Shown: in pieces, positions 26,191-35,756 of the stretch
How the letters are laid out: the number at the start of each line of letters is the position of its first letter
How positions within the stretch are numbered: position 1 is the stretch's first letter
IMG/VR virus record: IMGVR_UViG_3300045988_157568
Length of the DNA stretch: 64,000 nt
Origin: a virus
Strand: one strand, 5' to 3'
Notes under the pieces: model-generated
Databases searched by the model: none
What the model was told of the DNA's origin: nothing
Seen by the model: only the letters and a program-made list of their open reading frames with translations
Position numbers and translations under genes: made by a program

Positions 26191-26619
26191 TCAATACTCA
26201 AAATCTTTCATAATCAATATATGAGTAAAATCAGTATCTTCAACAGACACCTTTATCACACCATTTTTTTCATCAGCGTAAATGCAAGTATCGTTTCCTA
26301 TGTACACGCCCACTTCTCCAAATTTATACAATAATGCACCTATAGGTGCGTCCTTTAGCTTGCTCATAGGAAGAACACTACCTGCACTGTAATAAAGCAT
26401 TTCAGCACTTAACGGCTTATTAGTATACCATTGTACTAAACCGTCATTATCTACGCAAACTTTGTTTGTAAACTCTGATAAATCACTATCGTAATCTTTT
26501 GGAAATATATCTAAAAGACTTTTAGCTATTTCAGGCTTTAACATTGCACCCTTCATATGCTTTACATACGGAGTGCCAATTTTTGTTTCAACAAATTCTT
26601 TTAGTCCCTGCCCTGTCAT
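26191..26619 (-). CDS. NlpC/P60-like protein, apparently lacking the catalytic Cys and His
   Basis: IGTPYV, VDNDGLVQWY (where DCSGLV is expected) and GEVGVYIGNDTCIYA (where GHVGIYIG is expected). Confidence 0.5.
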   Translation of the reverse strand: MTGQGLKEFVETKIGTPYVKHMKGAMLKPEIAKSLLDIFPKDYDSDLSEFTNKVCVDNDGLVQWYTNKPLSAEMLYYSAGSVLPMSKLKDAPIGALLYKFGEVGVYIGNDTCIYADEKNGVIKVSVEDTDFTHILIMKDFEY

Positions 26620-26663
26620 TACTACCACCTCATTCCAAGATATATTCTGCTTAATGGGAGTGC

Positions 26664-26981
26664 TTAATTACTGCATAAATGGAGTGCCTGATGAAGTTCT
26701 TTAACTTCTTCACTTAGTCCGTCAATACGGTGATGTGCTGACTTTACGCTTTCGTCCATTCTACCAAATTTTTCAGTAAGTTCACGCTGAAAAACATCAT
26801 AGTCGGACTGCTTTTTCTTTATATCATCAATACCTGATTTTATATAGCCGATTTCATTGAGAATAATACCTTCTTCTCTATTGTCTTGACGTGAGTTACG
26901 TCTTACCGTAGATATTCCAAAAAGTATTGAAAATAATGTGCCTGCTATACTGATGATAACAGCTATTGTTGATAAAGGCAT
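26664..26981 (-). CDS. membrane-anchored coiled-coil protein (XhlA-like lysis accessory)
   Basis: ATG at 26981 after AAAGGAG. It has an N-terminal TM helix (IAVIISIAGTLFSILFGI) followed by a coiled coil, and is the first gene of the lysis cassette. Confidence 0.4.
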   Translation of the reverse strand: MPLSTIAVIISIAGTLFSILFGISTVRRNSRQDNREEGIILNEIGYIKSGIDDIKKKQSDYDVFQRELTEKFGRMDESVKSAHHRIDGLSEEVKELHQALHLCSN

Positions 26982-27015
26982 AAAGATACACTCCTTTCTT
27001 TGCTTATTCACCTAA

Positions 27016-27044
27016 ATTATAACATTAGAGAACCTAATTGTAAA
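27016..27044 (-). promoter_or_regulatory. sigma-70-type promoter TTTACA-17-TATAAT with TGn extension
   Basis: Minus strand: TTTACA (27044-27039), a 17-nt spacer ending TGT, TATAAT (27021-27016). Confidence 0.55.
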
Positions 27045-27108
27045 GTAGTTTAGCATAAATACTTTAAATCAAGTTCTCTAATTCGTTCGACTTTATTTTC
27101 TTAGTAAG

Positions 27109-27273
27109 CTATTCAGATAAATTATTAATTTGTGCAACTAACTCTTTGTAGTCATCATCTGTTAAACCGCCTGACAAAACAAGCACATCAAATTTTTCAA
27201 GCATTTTTTCTTTGCTCATTTTTCCGACGGCTACAATTTTCTTGCACAATCCATATGAACGTCCGTGTTCCAT
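27109..27273 (-). CDS. XkdX-family small protein (54 aa)
   Basis: ATG at 27273 after GGAGGTG. The product is MEHGRSYGLCKKIVAVGKMSKEKMLEKFDVLVLSGGLTDDDYKELVAQINNLSE. The length, the position after the fibre genes and the G.(I/L)T.(E/D)(E/D)Y.E(I/L) ending match XkdX. Confidence 0.5.
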   Translation of the reverse strand: MEHGRSYGLCKKIVAVGKMSKEKMLEKFDVLVLSGGLTDDDYKELVAQINNLSE

Positions 27274-27285
27274 ATTTAGCACCTC

Positions 27286-27711
27286 CTATTCCGTTATCCC
27301 CATTTCCAACATTGCTACCCTTACATCTATGTCAAGCATAAACTCATCTGTATATTCGGGCAAAGACGCTTCGTATGCCTCTTTACTGCCATACTTGACT
27401 ATTTCAGCTATTTCCGTGCAAGGGTCATTAGTTCTAAGTTTTATACCTTCTAACCAAGTATAAGGGTTATTTAACCTTTCAGTACTTTGTATGGACATAA
27501 GCATATGCTTATCCACAAAGTGGGACTTGAACAATCTTACCTCAGTTTCATTTCGGAAGCTATGTTCCTCTATAAAATAGTTTTCGGGGTCGTCACAAAG
27601 AGGTTTATTCAAAAAATCTCTTGATTTAAGTACCTTTAGAAATACTAAATACTCCTGACATTTTACAGTGTTTCCGTCAACCTTAAAGTATTTATAAATT
27701 GTATCACTCAT
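27286..27711 (-). CDS. hypothetical protein (tail-fibre-associated by position)
   Basis: 141-aa ORF overlapping the fibre gene stop. Confidence 0.45.
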   Translation of the reverse strand: MSDTIYKYFKVDGNTVKCQEYLVFLKVLKSRDFLNKPLCDDPENYFIEEHSFRNETEVRLFKSHFVDKHMLMSIQSTERLNNPYTWLEGIKLRTNDPCTEIAEIVKYGSKEAYEASLPEYTDEFMLDIDVRVAMLEMGITE

Positions 27712-30700
27712 TATTTGTTCCCTCCGTATCTATAAATTCAGGTTTTACCATAGAAGTTACAGTACTTGTATCTATGGTTTTTGCAGAAGAAGATGACCCT
27801 GAACCTTTATAGTTTATCCTATTTACATAACAGGCTTCCAAAAAGGCATAATCACGTAATTCAAGTTGGTGGTCGGAAGTAAGGAATAGCTTACTATTAG
27901 AAATTAGTGCACAAGTTGGTATAATTGATGTCTTAGAACTGCTACTCAAAACCAAGTCAATATGACCTGCGTGAGAACAACTAAAACTTCCTCCGTCTAA
28001 TATCTCAATTTTACAACTGTCAAGGCTCGGTCTAAATCCATTAGGTGTATTATCATACCATTCTTGTGCAAATTCTCGGCAACGTATCTGCGTACCTAAG
28101 AATGTAATAGGTGAACTATGCAGTATGTAGGACTTACCGTGATTACTTGTATCTTTTTTAGTGTTAGTTATCCAACCTCCTGTCATAGTACCTTTACTGT
28201 CATAGAACACACCGTTATTTACTGGGTTTTTACCTGTAAACCAAATATGTGTATTTAGCAGTTCAACTGTACTTTCACCAAATACCCAAAAACAGTCATA
28301 AAGTTCACCCCACCCCGAATTTGGCATATCAATGCTTACATCTGTATTAATCATTTTAACCTTACATTTAAAAAATAATCTCCAAATACTCTGATACGCT
28401 GTGCGTTTTGTAATAGTGCAGTTTTCAAAAGTAAGATTAAAATTCTCAAATGCACCAACATATCCCTCTGTGTCTTTATTTGGACTGGCAAAATCGACAG
28501 CTATATCTCTAAAGATTGCTTTATTCGAAACTCCAATAGAAGTGGTATCATATCTTAATAGCCCCTGTGACCTAACATATAGAGATACATTTCCTGCTCC
28601 CTCAAATACTATTGAAGAAAATAAGGTTAATTCTCCGTCTATAAAGTAATCTCCGTCTAAAAAACGAATTTTGGCACTTGCACCTTGTGAGGCTAAATTG
28701 ATTGCTCGTTGTATGATAGTTGTGTCGTTTGTTCCGTCACAAAGAAAATCGCATATAGTATCATTTGGATAAGTTATTGCCCCACCCATTAGTGTAGTTC
28801 CGATTGTTATATAAGAGTTATTCCTGTGACTATATTGAGGATAACCTGATGTACCAACACATACCCAATAAGTTCCGTCATATACAAACTCTAATATATC
28901 TCCTGCACACCAAGTATTCACTGCTTTTTGTATGCGAGTTCCTGATGAAGATGAAACGTTGTAAAAACTATTAGGTAGAAATGTCACCATACTTTTTGCT
29001 CCTGTACCTGATATATTTAAAGTTGGAGCCGAATTGGCACAAGTATTATTAAACTTAATAAACACTCTTACTCCTGTAATTAGTTTAAAGTTTGTTATAC
29101 TTACTGTCTTAGCTTGTGTACCACTTGCTGTACTGCAAGTAGCATATAATGGTCCTTGCCATACAGGAGCACCACTACCATTACTAATCAGATTATACCC
29201 TGCTGTGCCTGCACTCGTTGGAGCATACCAAGTTTCACCAGCAGCCGCAGAACCATCATACCTTACAGTTCCGCCATTTAGATATAGCTCTAAGTAATAA
29301 GGGTTTTTTAATGACGTTGGCTTGTTTAATAGGTCAGTATATGAACCTGTAAACGCTATCGTTTTTAAGTCGGAAAACCACTTTTTAATCTTTCCGAAAA
29401 TTGTGGCAAGTGTTTCACCACTATTTATGTTTGTACGACTTGAAGCGGCCGTAAAAGTAGGTGTTTGGTTATTTGTGGTTACGTTAGGTACATTCCCTAA
29501 ATCTATGTCTGCTTTAGTGACTGTCACATCACCTGTTCTACCTTGTACAGAAGTCACTTTATTTACTTCTGCACCTTCCTCAATGCCGTTTAATCTTGCA
29601 GTTACTTCATCAATACCTGTATAGCCATTAGATATAAAACCCTTGTCTAATTTACTGTCTGCCGTTTCTTGTGCTTTTTCAGCAGCATTTACACCTTCAA
29701 CCGCTTTTTCATAAGCGGTTTTTACTGCGTTAGGTGTAGCAGCAAAGCCTGACCGTGTATCAGCAGTGCTATTTATACCGTTAAACAATTTGAGGTGCCC
29801 ATACACTTCTCTATCTCCTATACCATAATCCTCAGATGAGCTTGCGTGAGTTTTTGGGGCTTTACCGTCTAAAGCTTTTCTGGTGGCGGTTGAGATAGGC
29901 TTATCTGCGTCAGAAGTATCATCAACATTACCTAAACCTACTTGACTTTTTGTCACACTATGTGGGTTGTTTGTATTTGCTAAATGACTGATTAAATCAA
30001 CTATCGCCTTTTTTATCTTGCCAAATAGAGTTGATAATTTCTCACCGCTATTTATTTCACTTAAAGTAGAACTTTGAGTAAATGTAGGGGTTTGATTATC
30101 TGTTGTCACATTTGGTACATTTCCTAACCCAACTTGCTGTGCAGTCACCTTATGTGGATTTTCTGTATTTTTGGTGTGTTCATTAAGAGTATTTAGGGTT
30201 TCATCTGTAACAAGTTTATAATCATCAAACTGTTTAGCTGTCACAATACCTGTAAATTCCATTTCTATTGAAATAGTTTCGGTTGTTGCTATTGCAATAT
30301 AAAAGCCAAAATTAAGTAAGGTTGGCGTTACAGGTGCGGGTATCACTGGCAGTGTATCACCTGCATACTGAACAATAGTAAACAATATTTCTTCTGTACT
30401 ACCCTCAAGTCTTGCAAACACACCTAACTGACCTAAAGGATATTCTTCTTTTATATTTCTATCTTCTCTTTGGTTATCAAGTTGTACTTGTATAAGAGCC
30501 TGACCGTACTGGTCTGAATTACTTGAAGTAATAGGCTTTAAACCTGTAATGTTCAAATTCTCAACAAAACCTGATGTACCGCCTGTCGCTCCGTCTGATG
30601 TAGCAAGGTCAGTACGTTCTTTAAGATACTCAACAGAAGTATTTGTATATCTGTATCTACCTGTTGATACTCTTGTTATGACAATACCTTTTGTATCGCT

Positions 30701-30808
30701 GTCAGGGTCATTACTTTGGTTTAAATTGTAATGACCGCTCATTCCCAGACATTGGTTTAGCAGTGCTTCACCTTGTTTGGTTAAAATCACTTTACCCCAC
30801 GTTGACAT
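27704..30808 (-). CDS. tail fibre / receptor-binding protein with internal repeats and C-terminal beta-helix-like domain
   Basis: 1034 aa. It has a duplicated block (LGNVPNVTT(D/N)NQTPTFT...INSGE.L(S/A)T(L/I)FGKIKK) and NPH(K/S)VT..QVGLGNV repeats. The C-terminal 400 aa carry parallel beta-helix-style repeats (IRFLDGDYFIDGELTL...). Confidence 0.75.
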   Translation of the reverse strand: MSTWGKVILTKQGEALLNQCLGMSGHYNLNQSNDPDSDTKGIVITRVSTGRYRYTNTSVEYLKERTDLATSDGATGGTSGFVENLNITGLKPITSSNSDQYGQALIQVQLDNQREDRNIKEEYPLGQLGVFARLEGSTEEILFTIVQYAGDTLPVIPAPVTPTLLNFGFYIAIATTETISIEMEFTGIVTAKQFDDYKLVTDETLNTLNEHTKNTENPHKVTAQQVGLGNVPNVTTDNQTPTFTQSSTLSEINSGEKLSTLFGKIKKAIVDLISHLANTNNPHSVTKSQVGLGNVDDTSDADKPISTATRKALDGKAPKTHASSSEDYGIGDREVYGHLKLFNGINSTADTRSGFAATPNAVKTAYEKAVEGVNAAEKAQETADSKLDKGFISNGYTGIDEVTARLNGIEEGAEVNKVTSVQGRTGDVTVTKADIDLGNVPNVTTNNQTPTFTAASSRTNINSGETLATIFGKIKKWFSDLKTIAFTGSYTDLLNKPTSLKNPYYLELYLNGGTVRYDGSAAAGETWYAPTSAGTAGYNLISNGSGAPVWQGPLYATCSTASGTQAKTVSITNFKLITGVRVFIKFNNTCANSAPTLNISGTGAKSMVTFLPNSFYNVSSSSGTRIQKAVNTWCAGDILEFVYDGTYWVCVGTSGYPQYSHRNNSYITIGTTLMGGAITYPNDTICDFLCDGTNDTTIIQRAINLASQGASAKIRFLDGDYFIDGELTLFSSIVFEGAGNVSLYVRSQGLLRYDTTSIGVSNKAIFRDIAVDFASPNKDTEGYVGAFENFNLTFENCTITKRTAYQSIWRLFFKCKVKMINTDVSIDMPNSGWGELYDCFWVFGESTVELLNTHIWFTGKNPVNNGVFYDSKGTMTGGWITNTKKDTSNHGKSYILHSSPITFLGTQIRCREFAQEWYDNTPNGFRPSLDSCKIEILDGGSFSCSHAGHIDLVLSSSSKTSIIPTCALISNSKLFLTSDHQLELRDYAFLEACYVNRINYKGSGSSSSAKTIDTSTVTSMVKPEFIDTEGTNNE

Positions 30809-31543
30809 TTAGCTTTCGCTCCTTTCATTTGGTGTGGACGGTATATCTGTTTCATAGGTATATGTTCCTGCTGCACCAATATGTGGCTTAACATCATTAT
30901 CCATTTCAAATATAATTCCGTCTGTTTTGTATTTCACTTCAATATTTATATAAAAAGGTAGAATGATGTGTATAAACTCCTCTATTACCTTTGTACTATG
31001 AGGTTGGTTTAATATCTGCTCAATAGTATTCGCCTTTAGATACACAATTAAATGCCTTGCATATACATTAGGCTTATCTTCAATTTCACCACGTTTATAC
31101 TCAAAATCTTCTACGTCTAAACCTGTTAAGGTTCGTGCCATAAACTTTACTGCTGACATTGTTCCACGTCTTTTGTAAAGCTCACCTATGTTCATAAGGA
31201 GCTTTCTTTGGTAATAGATATTGCTACCTTTAAATGTCTGTGTTTCAATGAGTTCATCATAGTCATATCCAAAACTTTTTAACAAATAAGGAAATACATT
31301 GTCTGGACAATTTTCAGGGTCAATTATAGATGTAAACTTATTTGCTACGTCTAAAATCTGCTCCCCTGCCCCCTTTTGATACTTTGTTGCCTTAGTTATA
31401 CCACCACTTCCTAAAAACATTGCCTTTAGAAAGTTTAATAATGGTGGTCTTTCTTCATCAATTTCAAAATCCCTTACTTTGTATATATCAGGTAATCTCT
31501 GATAAGCAAAATCAGATAACTGCTCTGCACTTATTTCAGCCAT
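30809..31543 (-). CDS. baseplate/tail protein (P2 gpI / DUF2313-like)
   Basis: 244 aa, located immediately after the baseplate J gene. The N-terminal YQRLPDIYKVRD motif is typical of this family. Confidence 0.5.
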   Translation of the reverse strand: MAEISAEQLSDFAYQRLPDIYKVRDFEIDEERPPLLNFLKAMFLGSGGITKATKYQKGAGEQILDVANKFTSIIDPENCPDNVFPYLLKSFGYDYDELIETQTFKGSNIYYQRKLLMNIGELYKRRGTMSAVKFMARTLTGLDVEDFEYKRGEIEDKPNVYARHLIVYLKANTIEQILNQPHSTKVIEEFIHIILPFYINIEVKYKTDGIIFEMDNDVKPHIGAAGTYTYETDIPSTPNERSES

Positions 31544-31548
31544 AACCC

Positions 31549-33237
31549 TTACCCCCTGTTATCAGTAATTACAGTATTTTCTGCGTCAAATTCGATAATT
31601 TCCCACTTATTTGATGTAATATCAAGAGAGGTATCATTTACACCTTTTACAGAAAATGAGTTTATTCTGAACGCTCTTATGCCTGTAATGGCAGCAAATA
31701 CATCAGCTTCAACATCATTTATTGCAACAGTTTGACCTGCTTGTATTTCACCTAAAAGAAAATAGTCTTTTAGCTTATCAATAACCTGCCCCTTAACTGT
31801 ATTAAAGTCATATCCAGCTAAAGGCAAAAGAGTACAATTAAAGGCTACATCTTTTGAAGTGAAAGGTGTTATCTCAACAAAAGTGCCTATCAAGCCCCTT
31901 GCTTCATACATCTCTTTTAATTCAGCGACAATATCTGAATTTTCAAGTTTAGGATAATCTGCCAACTTTAAGATATTACCTAAGTCATCTCTTATCTTTG
32001 AATTTTTCAAAAGAACACATACTTGAACAGTATCAAGTAATTTATTCTTCTTTTCAGTTTCATCTGTTATTCCCTGCAAGACTTCCAAAGTAGACAAGTC
32101 TATATCTGTATTCTCGCTGATAGGGAATGATGATGACATCATTATTTGGTTAAACAATTCCATAGCTTTATCTGCGTAATCTTCTGCCGACAGACAACCC
32201 CATTTTGTTCTATAAGCGTTTGGGGCATTTAAAACTATTGAGCTGTTTGACTCTTTATCTACACCTAAAGAGTAAGCCGTATCTATATTGTATGTTTGGC
32301 TCAAGCCTTTAGTAGAAGTGTTTATCACTGTTATAGTTTCTGCACCTACATTTCCGACTGTGCCACCGCCATTACGGTAGTTTGCCACAATCTCCCCCTT
32401 AGGTATTGCACCATTAACTCCGTCACCAAAGATAATAGTTACTGTGTTGTCTTGATTTACTTCAACAGTGTAATGCTTATCTTTGCTCATAGAGTCAATA
32501 AAACTACTTTTCATCACCCATTCTTCACCGCCTACGGTCAAAGAAAAGTGACGAGCTTTATCATAATTGTCAGGATATTCTATCACATTTGTTAATTCAT
32601 TAACTCTTGGTAGCAAAGCAAAGCCATTTTCATCATAATCAGGTAATGAAACAGGATTGTTTCTTAAAGTGTATCTCAATCCCATAGTTATGCCGTCACC
32701 TACACCTACTTCTTCACCCGATATTAAGTTGCCTTGTGCTACATCTACTTCAAATATATACTGCTCACTTGACGTGTCGGAGATAGTTTTCACATAGCCC
32801 TTTTGTGTAGTATCAAGTGGACTTGTTGTGTCTACTTTCAGTTCTTCAAGTGTTGTAAAATAAACTGCGTTACTTATAATAGGCTCACTTGTTCGTACAA
32901 TGAAGCCTTCGGGTAGTGTCACAACTCCTTGATTAGCGTCAAAGACAAAATACTGCTTAAATTTAGCTGGTGTACTCGGTTTAGGTGTATAACCCAACAT
33001 TTTGCACCATTTAAGTAAATTTGGTCTTAACTGTGCTGTTGTCAAAAAGCACTCATTTGCCTGTGCATTTTGGTAATAGCTAAGTACGTCCAATGCTTTA
33101 GCCACTGTTTCAAGTATAACCATACCTGCGTCCGTTTCGGACGTATCTGTATAATCAGGCAATCTCTCCTGTAAAGCGTCTATCATCAATAGTTTAAAAC
33201 CCTTATAATCACCTGTTGTATAATCTATCCTACTCAA
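31549..33237 (-). CDS. baseplate J-like protein
   Basis: 562 aa. The N-terminal DYTTGDYKGFKLLMIDALQERLPDYTDTSETDAGMVILE pattern matches the gpJ/gp6-type baseplate wedge, and synteny with gp25-like and gpV-like genes supports the call. Confidence 0.75.
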   Translation of the reverse strand: MSRIDYTTGDYKGFKLLMIDALQERLPDYTDTSETDAGMVILETVAKALDVLSYYQNAQANECFLTTAQLRPNLLKWCKMLGYTPKPSTPAKFKQYFVFDANQGVVTLPEGFIVRTSEPIISNAVYFTTLEELKVDTTSPLDTTQKGYVKTISDTSSEQYIFEVDVAQGNLISGEEVGVGDGITMGLRYTLRNNPVSLPDYDENGFALLPRVNELTNVIEYPDNYDKARHFSLTVGGEEWVMKSSFIDSMSKDKHYTVEVNQDNTVTIIFGDGVNGAIPKGEIVANYRNGGGTVGNVGAETITVINTSTKGLSQTYNIDTAYSLGVDKESNSSIVLNAPNAYRTKWGCLSAEDYADKAMELFNQIMMSSSFPISENTDIDLSTLEVLQGITDETEKKNKLLDTVQVCVLLKNSKIRDDLGNILKLADYPKLENSDIVAELKEMYEARGLIGTFVEITPFTSKDVAFNCTLLPLAGYDFNTVKGQVIDKLKDYFLLGEIQAGQTVAINDVEADVFAAITGIRAFRINSFSVKGVNDTSLDITSNKWEIIEFDAENTVITDNRG

Positions 33238-33617
33238 CTTGCGTCACCTACTTTCACTTGTGTTGTCGTTGTTGTATCAAAAGCCTTAACCGTATAGGTT
33301 ATTGTAGCCACTATTGCTCTTTTTACACTCCGCACGTCTACTGATGTTACAACTATATCAGGAATATGCTTAGCTATGGCTTGCTTTATTTCATATTCCA
33401 AAAGTGTCCTCGTACTTGCGTCATTTGACGAGAATACAAAAGTATCTAATTCAGCAAAAACGTCACATTCCATTGTCCTTTCACCTTGATTGGTATTGAG
33501 TAGTTGCTCAATCTTTCCGTCATAAAGGGACGTGTCATTCTTAGTCAAGGTGTTTAAACTTACTCCCCCTTTTGTATTAACGCAAAAAGGGAATTTCAAA
33601 CCCACTAAACTGCTCAT
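33234..33617 (-). CDS. baseplate wedge protein (gp25 / gpW-like)
   Basis: 127 aa. GLKFPFCVN...LLNTNQGER fits the GPW/gp25 family pattern. Its stop overlaps the baseplate J gene start. Confidence 0.6.
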   Translation of the reverse strand: MSSLVGLKFPFCVNTKGGVSLNTLTKNDTSLYDGKIEQLLNTNQGERTMECDVFAELDTFVFSSNDASTRTLLEYEIKQAIAKHIPDIVVTSVDVRSVKRAIVATITYTVKAFDTTTTTQVKVGDAS

Positions 33618-33628
33618 AGTAATATCAC

Positions 33629-33727
33629 CTATCCTTTATAAATGTGTATTAGCTCGTAAAGTTTTATTACACAAGGGCTTAATGCACCTATAAGGAAAAA
33701 TATCATAATCATAAATTTATATTGCAT
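33629..33727 (-). CDS. possible 32-aa membrane peptide
   Basis: ATG at 33727 after AAGGGGAG. The product is MQYKFMIMIFFLIGALSPCVIKLYELIHIYKG. It is below the ORF-track cutoff. Confidence 0.3.
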   Translation of the reverse strand: MQYKFMIMIFFLIGALSPCVIKLYELIHIYKG

Positions 33728-33746
33728 AGTGCTTACACTCCCCTTA

Positions 33747-34130
33747 TTAGCCCTTTAAAGCGTCTATTTTCTTTTCTAAGATACTTAGTTGGTTTAGCAC
33801 ATCTACACCGTTTATAAGCACCCTACCGCCTGTCAGAAGTATACTTGCTCCACCATAGGTTATTGCCTTTGTTCCTTTTGAACAAGGTGCATTTCCCTGT
33901 GAATACCAAGTACCTACCCAAACAGGCTTACCTAAATCCCCCTGTTGAAATTCTACCCAAACACACTCTCCCACGTTTGGTGTGCTAAACTCACCATAAG
34001 GGAAACAAGGCTCGCACCAAGTAGTATGGTACTCCATTGTTACTGCTGGTACACTTACCTTTATTCTCCCCCTATTTTCAGGGTCATTTACATCAACAAC
34101 ATATGCTCTGTATTTTCCGTTAAAATTCAT
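33747..34130 (-). CDS. baseplate spike/hub protein (gpV / gp5 OB-fold)
   Basis: YRAYVVDVNDPENRGRIKVSVPAV...WCEPCFPYG...PNVGECVWVEFQQGDLGKPVWVG matches the Phage_base_V signature. Confidence 0.7.
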   Translation of the reverse strand: MNFNGKYRAYVVDVNDPENRGRIKVSVPAVTMEYHTTWCEPCFPYGEFSTPNVGECVWVEFQQGDLGKPVWVGTWYSQGNAPCSKGTKAITYGGASILLTGGRVLINGVDVLNQLSILEKKIDALKG

Positions 34131-34131
34131 A

Positions 34132-35466
34132 TTACACCTTCTCTACTTCGTTCATATGTACCCACGACTCAATATCTGTAAGTAATAAACACTTACCGTC
34201 AGTGTCTACACTTCCTACTTTCCACGTTTCAGCTCTTACCCAGTTAGGTACTTTCACACCTTCCGAAGCGTGAGCGTAAGTAGCTGTATCTGAAATGAAA
34301 CGTACTGTATCACCTTTAGAATAATCTGTTGAAGAATTAGATGATACTTCATCACTTAATTCGGCAGGTTTCATTGTCTTACCAAAACCTGTTTTTATAA
34401 GTGTGAGTGTTTCAGACAAGCCATTGCTACTATCAATGGTTAGTTTTATCCCCTCAACATAGTATAAACCACTTAAATATTTACCTAACCCACTAAAATT
34501 TATGGTCTGCATATAGGTTAAAGCAAGTAATTCAGGTGTAGGGAGAACATCACAATCGCCACGCAAGGTGTTATACTCTTGCTCTCTGTATGTTCTCTCT
34601 GTTTTATCTGTATCAGTATTATCCTTCTTATTCTTTTGTGCTTCTGTGTCATCATATGGTACACTACCATAACCAACACTCGATACTTGTACTGGATAAC
34701 CCTGTGTTTGCAAAGCTACTGTTTTCTCATTAGCGAAAAAGCTATCAGTATCTTGTGTAGAGGGGTTTATATCAGCATATCTTGTATCAATTTTTCTCGT
34801 TTCCTTATCTATGGACGGCGAAAACTTCAATACATTATTTTTCAAAGCGTCCACTCTGTAATAAAGATTACTTGACGGCTCTGCAAGAAGTCCTAAACGG
34901 ACATAAAAGAATGTGTCACCTATTAATTTAGCTACAAACAATTCTCTTTCGTCATTTGCCAAACCTTCCATAAACTCTATATCTGTCTGTCCACTTTGTG
35001 TTATACTGTCCTGTTGAATATACTCATAATCTTCGGGATAGACTAACTTCCAACCGTAGCCATTACACTTTTCTTTGATAACATCAATGCTCCTCACCTT
35101 ATTCCACGTTTGAGTATTCTTAACTCTCTGCATAAGGTGAGTTTTATCCAAACAATATAACTCTATGTAAGGGTTTCCGTCATCAGGAAACACTGGATTT
35201 ATCTCTGATATATACCCATAAAAACAATGCTTTTCTGCACTTCCTTGAAACATAATATCAAGTGACATAGGAACATCTTTTAGGTAAATATCATCTTGTA
35301 TAAACTCCATATTTGGGTCATCAATTTTAATGGTGACACTGTCTGCACCTTTTACCGTTTCAGTAAGCTCAATAGATAAAATCATTTGCTTACGGTCAAA
35401 AGGAATACTCTCGCCATTAAAACTCAAGTCCCAATATGTAGTGGAAATATCCATTACATCATTCAT
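34132..35466 (-). CDS. baseplate hub protein (late control D / XkdQ-like)
   Basis: 444 aa. Called by position between the LysM tail protein and the gpV-like spike. Confidence 0.5.
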   Translation of the reverse strand: MNDVMDISTTYWDLSFNGESIPFDRKQMILSIELTETVKGADSVTIKIDDPNMEFIQDDIYLKDVPMSLDIMFQGSAEKHCFYGYISEINPVFPDDGNPYIELYCLDKTHLMQRVKNTQTWNKVRSIDVIKEKCNGYGWKLVYPEDYEYIQQDSITQSGQTDIEFMEGLANDERELFVAKLIGDTFFYVRLGLLAEPSSNLYYRVDALKNNVLKFSPSIDKETRKIDTRYADINPSTQDTDSFFANEKTVALQTQGYPVQVSSVGYGSVPYDDTEAQKNKKDNTDTDKTERTYREQEYNTLRGDCDVLPTPELLALTYMQTINFSGLGKYLSGLYYVEGIKLTIDSSNGLSETLTLIKTGFGKTMKPAELSDEVSSNSSTDYSKGDTVRFISDTATYAHASEGVKVPNWVRAETWKVGSVDTDGKCLLLTDIESWVHMNEVEKV

Positions 35467-35756
35467 AATTTACTCACCACTTCCGTAAAAGTAGGTATTG
35501 TTACAATGTCACCTACTTTTATATCAAGTTCAGACTGATACTGTGGGTTAGCGTCCAATATCGCCCACCACAATTCAGAATTATTATATATTTTATAAGC
35601 CAAAAAGTCAAGGGTATCACCCGAAGTCCAAGTGTGATATGTTGCCCCTGTTGTATTAAACTGAAATCTCTGTCTTATATCAAAGATTTTCTTGTCACTT
35701 CCGTCAGGATAATAGGTAGGTGTAGAAGTATATCTTGAACCTTTATATATAGCCAT
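35463..35756 (-). CDS. LysM-like tail protein (P2 gpX / XkdP-like)
   Basis: GDTLDFLAYKIYNNSELWWAILDANP...IKVGDIVTIP is a LysM-type motif. 97 aa. Confidence 0.6.
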   Translation of the reverse strand: MAIYKGSRYTSTPTYYPDGSDKKIFDIRQRFQFNTTGATYHTWTSGDTLDFLAYKIYNNSELWWAILDANPQYQSELDIKVGDIVTIPTFTEVVSKL

